A DNA stretch of 16,017 nt from Planctomycetota bacterium. GTDB lineage: Bacteria; Planctomycetota; GCA-002687715; DRQF01. Shown one piece after another: positions 6,525-12,911 of the stretch. Below the pieces are notes generated by a model, which was not told the DNA's origin, made no database searches, and saw only the letters and a list, made by a program, of their open reading frames with translations. The DNA lies in NCBI GenBank assembly GCA_027001995.1, contig JALTLO010000058.1, forward strand, positions 14,175 through 30,191, read 5' to 3'. Position 1 is the first letter of the stretch; each line of letters begins with the position of its first letter. A program made the position numbers and the translations under genes.

Positions 6525-7587
6525 ATCTCCCTATTGGTTTGCCGCAGCCGTAGTTTTGGCCTTGGGCATCCTGGTGCGCTTCATCTACAAGCAAGCAGGC
6601 CTTCGACGGAAACCGGCGATTCTCTTTTCGAATCTGCCACCCATGATGCGCCAGGCTCCCACATGGCGCATGGGGGCGAAGAAAGGATTTGGGCTTATCC
6701 GTATCTTGGCATTGCTGGCTCTCATTGTGGCTTTGGCTCGCCCTCAAGTCGGGCGGGCGGACACGGTGGTCTCAAGTGAAGGAATCGATATTTTGTTGGC
6801 TGTTGATACCTCTGGCTCCATGCGAGGAGAGGATTTTGGCGGCAATAAGACCAGGTTGGAGCATGTGGCTGAAGTTATGCAGCAATTTGCTGCAGGAAGA
6901 CCAGCGGACCGCATCGGTATCGTGTCCTTTGGTAAGTACGCCTATACCCGATGCCCGTTGACTTTGGATCATGAATTGGTGTCGGACTTCTTGCGGCAAA
7001 TAGTCAAGGACTGGCTCGAAGCCAACGACTCGGCGATGCGCAAGCAAGCCGGGCTTGATCGCTCGCCCATAACCCCCCGGGAAGAAGACTTAGGAGGCAC
7101 CGCTATCGGCGATGGCCTGATGGCAGCGGTGGGACGGCTGGAAGAATCCAAGGCCAAAAGCAAAGTGGTCATTCTCTTATCGGATGGCGAGCAGACAGCA
7201 GGGGAAGCCACTCCCGAGGATGCAGCGGCTCTCGCCAAGAAGTTTGGTATTAAGGTCTATGCAGTTGGTGCCGGGTCGGATAAAGCTTGTGTTGTCACCG
7301 TTTACAATCGATTGGGCAACAAGGTCAAAGTTCGCGAGAATTTTCGTGTCGATGAAGAGACACTCAAAGACATCGCCAAGAAGACAGATGGCATGTACTT
7401 TCATGCTCGGGATCGAGCTGGGCTCGAAAAAGTCTATCAGGCCATCGATGAGTTAGAACGCACAGAAATTACCACCAAGGATTACCAAGAATGGAATGAA
7501 CGTTTCATGCCTTGGGCTTGGGCGGCTCTTCTCCTTCTTCTGGCAGAAGCGATTCTCGGGGCCACTATTTTCAGGACAATCCCATGA
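6514..7587 (+). CDS. batA: BatA: membrane-anchored VWA-domain protein
   Basis: BatA N-terminus MRFESPYW.., two N-terminal hydrophobic helices ending in ALARPQ, MIDAS GIDILLAVDTSGSM, DRIGIVSF..YAYTRCPLTLD, GTAIGDG, SKVVILLSDGE, VYAVGAG, DEETLKDIA..TDG.YFHA, and a C-terminal TM helix. Confidence 0.93.
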   Translation: MRFESPYWFAAAVVLALGILVRFIYKQAGLRRKPAILFSNLPPMMRQAPTWRMGAKKGFGLIRILALLALIVALARPQVGRADTVVSSEGIDILLAVDTSGSMRGEDFGGNKTRLEHVAEVMQQFAAGRPADRIGIVSFGKYAYTRCPLTLDHELVSDFLRQIVKDWLEANDSAMRKQAGLDRSPITPREEDLGGTAIGDGLMAAVGRLEESKAKSKVVILLSDGEQTAGEATPEDAAALAKKFGIKVYAVGAGSDKACVVTVYNRLGNKVKVRENFRVDEETLKDIAKKTDGMYFHARDRAGLEKVYQAIDELERTEITTKDYQEWNERFMPWAWAALLLLLAEAILGATIFRTIP

Positions 7588-8636
7588 GCGATATTTTTGC
7601 TGACATCGAACTGGTTTGGCTTGTTCTTGTGCCCATTGCCTTTGTTGCCCTATGGGTTTGGCTTGAAGCCAAACGGTCATCCATCCTCGCTGATCTCATC
7701 GGTAAACGCCTCATTCCGGATATGGTCATTGGGCGTAGTGGCGAGCGCAGATTCTGGAAACTCATTCTGAGGACAACCGCGGTTCTCTTGATCGCTCTAG
7801 CGCTGATGCGACCCCAGTGGGGAGAAAAGCGCGTCAATATTCAACGTAAAGGGATCGACTTGGCGTTTGTTGTAGACACATCCAAGAGTATGCTGGCAGA
7901 GGATGTGCAACCCAGCCGCATGAAACGCGTCAAACAAGAGTTGGCTTACTTCGTCAAGAACACGCTTCGTGAAGACAGGGTCTCACTCATCGCATTCGCG
8001 GGAACCGCCCGGGCTCTTTGCCCTTTAACTTTGGACCGGGCTGCTTTCGAGATTTTTCTTGATGACCTGGATGTCGGTGTCATTCCCAAAGGTGGCACAG
8101 ACTTGGGAAGAGCTCTCCAGGCAGCCCTCGACTCTTTCGGCGATGACGTTCGCAATCACAAGGCGATCTTGCTTCTTTCGGATGGTGAAGCCCATGGGGG
8201 CATCCCCGAAGACGTCGTTGATGAGGCCAACAAGAGGGGCGTTCGCATCTATACCGTGGGGGTGGGGCAAGAAGAGGGGGTTCGTATCCCCATTGAAGGC
8301 AGTGATGGCAAACGCACCTATTTGCGCGACAGGGAAGACAATGTTGTCACGACGCGATTGGAAGCTCGGGTTCTCAAAACGATCGCTCAGCGTAGTCTCG
8401 ATGGGGCTTACGTCAGCCTGACTGTGGGCCGAGATAACTTGCAGAAGATCTATCAAGACAACATCAAGAAGATCGAAGAACGGGAACTCAAGAGTTCGAA
8501 ACAAGTGCGGCGTATAGATCGGTTTCAGATGTTTCTTGCAGCAGCTCTTATCCTGCTGATGATCGACGCTCTTGTTCCTGAGGGTAAGCCCAGGCGTGGT
8601 CGGGTGGTGGTTCAAGCGAAGAGGAAAGTGGCATGA
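7584..8636 (+). CDS. batB: BatB: second membrane-anchored VWA-domain protein
   Basis: Start set to the ATG at 7584 (ATGA overlap with the batA stop) rather than 7512. TM helices, ALMRPQWG, MIDAS GIDLAFVVDTSKSMLAEDVQPSR, CPLTLD, GGTDLG, LLSDGE, IYTVGVG, YLRD..NVVTTRL, and a C-terminal TM helix. Confidence 0.92.
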   Translation: MSDIFADIELVWLVLVPIAFVALWVWLEAKRSSILADLIGKRLIPDMVIGRSGERRFWKLILRTTAVLLIALALMRPQWGEKRVNIQRKGIDLAFVVDTSKSMLAEDVQPSRMKRVKQELAYFVKNTLREDRVSLIAFAGTARALCPLTLDRAAFEIFLDDLDVGVIPKGGTDLGRALQAALDSFGDDVRNHKAILLLSDGEAHGGIPEDVVDEANKRGVRIYTVGVGQEEGVRIPIEGSDGKRTYLRDREDNVVTTRLEARVLKTIAQRSLDGAYVSLTVGRDNLQKIYQDNIKKIEERELKSSKQVRRIDRFQMFLAAALILLMIDALVPEGKPRRGRVVVQAKRKVA

Positions 8637-10321
8637 AAAGTCGGTTGTGGTTTTCTGTGTTCATCCTGCTCGGATCAGTTTCTTGTTTTGCCCTACCAAG
8701 TGAAGAAGGCGACAAAGTCAAGCAAGGACTCAAACTCATGGCCGCTGGGGACTTCTCGGCCGCCTTGACGAAGTTTCGAGATGCCCAAATTGAGTATCCT
8801 TCGTCGACGGAGCTTCATTTCAATATTGGTATGGCTCTTTATAAACTAGACCGCTACGAAGACGCTCGAGGTGCTTTCGAAAGCGCCACTTTTTCTCGCA
8901 ATCAAGAGATCGAGAAGAAAGCGCTTTTCCATACTGGCAATTGTTTCGTCAAGGAGGGCAAGTGGGAGAAAGCTCTCGACTACTTCAATCGTGCTCTTCA
9001 AATCGATCCACAGTACAAAGCAGCGAAAATCAATCGTGAGTTCGTGGTTCGTACCATGAAGAACCAAGCTCGCAAGAAGAAGAAACAAGACAAGAAGAAA
9101 GAAGAAGAACAACAAATCATTGAGAAATTGCAAAAGCTCATTGCGGAAGGTGTCGCCGTCCATGACAAGAGCCGAGATATGATGCGAGCGGAAGGATTGC
9201 AAGTCGAACCTTCATCACTTCGAGACTACGCTGATCTTCTTGACGCTCCTCTTGATGATGTTCTCAAATCTGAACTGGAGAGCTTAGAAAAAGAGGCGGT
9301 GACAAAGTCAATCGCCAAGAAGCAAGGGGAAGTGAACAAGACTTTGATCGCCCTTGTGGAAGAAGTGAAGGTGAAGATCGAGGCTGGCAAGAAGGGGCAA
9401 GGTGGTGGCCAAGCAAAAGAAGGGCAACCTACCGATCCATCCATCGTGCGCCTTGAAAAAGCATTGCCTTTCCTGCAGAACGCCGAGCCAAACATGGAGA
9501 ATGCCACCAAAGCGGTCCGCGATGATTCTGATCTTTTGGCAGCCCAAGGTTTTCAATCTGTTGCCCTTCAAGATCTCATCGCAGCCCGCAATGAACTTTT
9601 GGATGAGTTGGCTCGTTTGATTGAAGCTGAGATGCGGGTGCTGGTTGATTCAACGCGAACCCAGAGGGAATCCCAGACGACCGAGAATCCTAGCGAGGAA
9701 GAAATGTCTGCCACCAAGGCTGAAGCCAACCAGCAAGGTGAAGAACAAAAGGCAATCCGTCAGCGCACGGAGAATTTTGGCAAGGGAGTTGAGAAACACC
9801 TGGACGACCTGAAGAGCCAATTGGACAAGAAAACACAGGGGGGAGGTTCAGGGGTTGAAGCCGGACAAGATCCTCAGGAAGAAATTCGTAAATTCGAGAA
9901 GGCCTTGACTCACCTCAATGAGGCGGCTCGACTGATGGAAGAGTCCGAGCCATTCCTTGCCCAACCTGACTTTGACAACGCCATCCCGAAAGAGAAGGCG
10001 GCCGCCCGCGAACTGGTCTTGGCCCGGGCTGCCCTATCCCCGCCTCAGCAACAGCAGCAACAACAAAAGGATGGGGAGAGCGAGAAAAAGGAAGGCGAAG
10101 AAAAGAAAGAATCTTCCGAACCCGAAAAGTCAGACAAGAAGAAAGAAGAAAAGGAAGAGAAAGAAGCCGAAGCCAAGAAATCGGAAGATCTCACCGATGA
10201 GCAGGCCAAGAAAACCCTCGAGCAGCAAAAACAGAGAGAGATGGAGCGCCGCCGAGACAAAAAGGAAAAAGAGAAAAAAGCACGCAAGAATAAAGCCAAG
10301 GGTGTGAAGAAGGATTGGTAA
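8633..10321 (+). CDS. batC: BatC-like exported TPR protein with a long helical/coiled-coil insertion and a charged tail
   Basis: N-terminal signal peptide; TPRs (LHFNIGMALYKLDRYEDA; ALFHTGNCFVKEGKWEKALDYFNRALQIDP...AKINRE); Q/K/E-rich linker; LTDEQAKKTLE; C-terminal KKDW typical of BatC-type proteins. Lies between batB and batD. Confidence 0.85.
   Translation: MKSRLWFSVFILLGSVSCFALPSEEGDKVKQGLKLMAAGDFSAALTKFRDAQIEYPSSTELHFNIGMALYKLDRYEDARGAFESATFSRNQEIEKKALFHTGNCFVKEGKWEKALDYFNRALQIDPQYKAAKINREFVVRTMKNQARKKKKQDKKKEEEQQIIEKLQKLIAEGVAVHDKSRDMMRAEGLQVEPSSLRDYADLLDAPLDDVLKSELESLEKEAVTKSIAKKQGEVNKTLIALVEEVKVKIEAGKKGQGGGQAKEGQPTDPSIVRLEKALPFLQNAEPNMENATKAVRDDSDLLAAQGFQSVALQDLIAARNELLDELARLIEAEMRVLVDSTRTQRESQTTENPSEEEMSATKAEANQQGEEQKAIRQRTENFGKGVEKHLDDLKSQLDKKTQGGGSGVEAGQDPQEEIRKFEKALTHLNEAARLMEESEPFLAQPDFDNAIPKEKAAARELVLARAALSPPQQQQQQQKDGESEKKEGEEKKESSEPEKSDKKKEEKEEKEAEAKKSEDLTDEQAKKTLEQQKQREMERRRDKKEKEKKARKNKAKGVKKDW
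10046..10318 (+). repeat. Low-complexity coding tract: poly-Gln followed by a Lys/Glu-rich segment in the batC tail
   Basis: Seven CAG/CAA codons (10046-10066), then purine-rich GAA/AAG/AAA codons (KDGESEKKEGEEKKES...RDKKEKEKKARK). Confidence 0.8.
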
Positions 10322-10323
10322 CG

Positions 10324-12165
10324 ATGAAACACAGAACACTCTTCGTTTTTCTCTGCCTAACAGCATTTGCCAGGGCCCAATCTATCGATGTCAACGCCGG
10401 ATTTGCCAGCACCCATGGCATTGTGGGGGAGACGCTTCAGTTTGAGGTGCGAGTTACAGCAACGGTTGGAAGAGGTGGCTCAGAGCCCCAGGTAAAGTTG
10501 CCAGAGGTCAAAGAGACGAATGGCCTTGACGTTCGCTATCAAGGAGGCGGTTTCTCCGAGAAAAGTAGCTCTATTCGAATCATCGGTGGTCGGCGCACCT
10601 CATCTACGACATATGTTGGGCGTTTCTATTGGGATGTTGTTGCCAGCAAGGTTGGTCGTTATCCCTTTCCGACCATGGCCATCGAGGTCAATGGCAAGAC
10701 CTATCGCACCCAAACGATCACTTTGACCATTGTCAAGGATGCCCCCGGAAATCGCTATGTTGGCACTGTGGTCGTGGTCTCGACGACGAAGCCCTATGTG
10801 AATCAGCCTGTGCGCCTGCGCTACGTGCTGACTTCTGAACGCAACATTGTTCGAGACCGCCGCGGTGTTCCGCGCTTAACGATTCCATGGGCTGGTTCTC
10901 CCAATGGCTTCAAGTCGTTGCCTCTTGTCAAACCCAGTGCAAGGCAAAGTACACTCCCTGTCATCTTGAATGGTGGCGACCAGGCGATTCCCGTCCCCGC
11001 GGCTTTGAGAGAGGACCGCTCTCCTCCGGTGATCGAATTGACTCTCGATAAAGTTCTCTACCCTTTGGCAGCAGGGAAGATCAATCTCGGAGGCACCCAA
11101 GCAAACTTAGAGGTCGCCCGTGAACAACGGGACGGCGGGTTCTTTCGGGGCACAGAATACATCGACAAGACCCGGGCCATTGTGAAGACCGAGCCAGTCA
11201 TTTTGGACGTTCGGGATGCTCCACTCGCTAACCGCCCTAAGGGCTACCGGGGCGCTATCGGAGATTTCTCTGGGGAGGTCAAATATGGGAAAGGTGAGAT
11301 TCGGGCTGGTGACGGTGTGACTCTCAACTTGATCCTCCGGGGAGGCGAAGTCTTGACGCTGATTGAGGAACCCAAGATAGATGGCGATTTTCCCAATTGC
11401 CGCGTCCTTCCTTCGGGTCGACGAATGAAAGGTCAGGGCAACAGCAGGACTTTAACTTTTAGTTGGCTCATTAAGCCACTCAAAGATGACCTCACCGAGT
11501 TACCTCGATTTGATTATGGATGGTTCAAGCCGGCCTCTGAGAAATTCGAAGTCATAAGTACGGGTCCATTACCCCTGACAATCACGGGTAAGATGGCAGA
11601 AGAGAGTGTCTTCTCTGGTGGTGAAAGGAAGAAGTCTGACCAAATCAAGATCGATCTGCTGGGGGAAGGGGTGAGTCCTTTGCGCGATGATCCCGGAGAG
11701 ATCCTCGAGACGAAGCGGCCATCCTTGATTGGATTTTGGTTGGCGCTTTTTTTGCCACTCGGGTCTTTGGGTGTATTGAACGTCTTCTTGTCCAAGAAAA
11801 GAAAATTGGCGGGCGATGCAACAATTGGCCGACGAAAAGGAGCTTCTAAGGCAGCGACATCCAGGTTGTCCGAGGCTCAGTCTTTGCTTGGTGGCAAGGG
11901 CTTTTATGGCAAGCTGGCCCGTTCCCTTGGAGGTTTTGTCGCCGACAAGTTGGGTTTGCCTCCAGCCAGTGTTTCCGCGGCGACGGCGGAATCCATCCTG
12001 TCACCGAGGGGATTGAAACCTGAAAGAATCAAGGAAGTGACTACCTTGTTGAACGAGCTGGATATGCGGGAGTTCGGTGCTGACGTTGGGGATGAGAGTG
12101 AGCAACGTGAAGCCCTGGGAATTGTCCAGCAGCTCATTGAATCCTTGGACAAGGAGATTCGCTGA
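10324..12165 (+). CDS. batD: BatD: exported multi-Ig-like protein with a C-terminal TM helix and cytoplasmic helical domain
   Basis: Start set to the ATG at 10324 (2 nt after the batC stop). Signal peptide MKHRTLFVFLCLTAFARA. BatD motifs VGETLQFEV, SSSIRIIGG, G.YPFP...VNGKTYRTQ, PYVNQPV, LYPL..G, RP..YRGAIGDF, GDGVTL, LP...WFKP...F. TM helix LIGFWLALFLPLGSLGVLNVFL-SKKRK. Confidence 0.9.
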   Translation: MKHRTLFVFLCLTAFARAQSIDVNAGFASTHGIVGETLQFEVRVTATVGRGGSEPQVKLPEVKETNGLDVRYQGGGFSEKSSSIRIIGGRRTSSTTYVGRFYWDVVASKVGRYPFPTMAIEVNGKTYRTQTITLTIVKDAPGNRYVGTVVVVSTTKPYVNQPVRLRYVLTSERNIVRDRRGVPRLTIPWAGSPNGFKSLPLVKPSARQSTLPVILNGGDQAIPVPAALREDRSPPVIELTLDKVLYPLAAGKINLGGTQANLEVAREQRDGGFFRGTEYIDKTRAIVKTEPVILDVRDAPLANRPKGYRGAIGDFSGEVKYGKGEIRAGDGVTLNLILRGGEVLTLIEEPKIDGDFPNCRVLPSGRRMKGQGNSRTLTFSWLIKPLKDDLTELPRFDYGWFKPASEKFEVISTGPLPLTITGKMAEESVFSGGERKKSDQIKIDLLGEGVSPLRDDPGEILETKRPSLIGFWLALFLPLGSLGVLNVFLSKKRKLAGDATIGRRKGASKAATSRLSEAQSLLGGKGFYGKLARSLGGFVADKLGLPPASVSAATAESILSPRGLKPERIKEVTTLLNELDMREFGADVGDESEQREALGIVQQLIESLDKEIR

Positions 12166-12911
12166 TGAAGATTCTAACAACGATCTTGCTCTTGGCTATG
12201 GCGGCTTCCAGCCAAGCCCAAAAGACATTGAATCCTGAACAAGTCTTCTATCGGGGGCGAGAGTTCTTCGATCAAGGCGATTTCGATGAAGCGGTGGAAG
12301 CCTACAAGAGCGCCGTTGATGTGGGAGCCAGCAAAGAGCTACTTTACAACTTGGGCACAGCTTGTCTTTACGCCGGAAGAAATGGTGAGGCACTTTACTA
12401 CTTGAGGCGAGCTGAGAAATTGGCTCCGAGAGACGTGGAGATTCAGAACAATATAAGAGTCGCACAGGCTCGAGCACAGGACGACGTTCAAGAAAGTAGG
12501 CAACCGAAGTTCGTTCAAGCTTTGCTCTATTTTCATACCAAGACCACTTTCAACGAAGCGTTGCTTGCTTTTGTCCTGTGCTATGGCTTTTCTATGCTGT
12601 TCTTGCATTTAAGACTCTTGCGTCCGGGGAAGTGGTTTTTGCGCTTGGCTGTGGTCTTGATCATCTTCTGTCTTGGCATGGGATATTCCATTGTGACCAG
12701 AGCATGGAGCTATGATGAGGTCACCAAGGGAGTCATCCTTCCTCCTGAGGTTGATGTTTTCTCGCAGCGGATTTCTCAACGCTTTGCGTTGTTCTTCAAA
12801 CTCCATGGGGCCACAGAGGTGGACGTGGTAGACGTCAAGGATGGCTGGGTGCAAATCGAAGTGGATGGTAAGAAGGGTTTTGTTCTCGCCGACCAAATTG
12901 GTTTGATTTAA
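12165..12911 (+). CDS. batE: BatE: TPR, two TM helices and an SH3-like domain
   Basis: Signal peptide; TPRs (FYRGREFFDQGDFDEAVEAYK; LLYNLGTA...G.ALYYLRRAEKLAPRD..IQNN); two hydrophobic helices; C-terminal SH3-like FKLHGATEVDVV...GWVQIEVDGKKGFV. TGATG overlap with the batD stop. Confidence 0.9.
   Translation: MKILTTILLLAMAASSQAQKTLNPEQVFYRGREFFDQGDFDEAVEAYKSAVDVGASKELLYNLGTACLYAGRNGEALYYLRRAEKLAPRDVEIQNNIRVAQARAQDDVQESRQPKFVQALLYFHTKTTFNEALLAFVLCYGFSMLFLHLRLLRPGKWFLRLAVVLIIFCLGMGYSIVTRAWSYDEVTKGVILPPEVDVFSQRISQRFALFFKLHGATEVDVVDVKDGWVQIEVDGKKGFVLADQIGLI

Noticed and set aside
7512..7583. 24-codon N-terminal extension of batB given by the ORF track
   Set aside because: It overlaps the batA C-terminal TM coding region. 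The ATG at 7584 gives the ATGA coupling seen elsewhere in the operon and a normal BatB N-terminus.
10046..10066. CAG/CAA run as a phase-variable microsatellite
   Set aside because: It is a mix of codons, in frame, and Q-rich linkers are normal in BatC-type proteins. Slippage by whole triplets would not switch expression.
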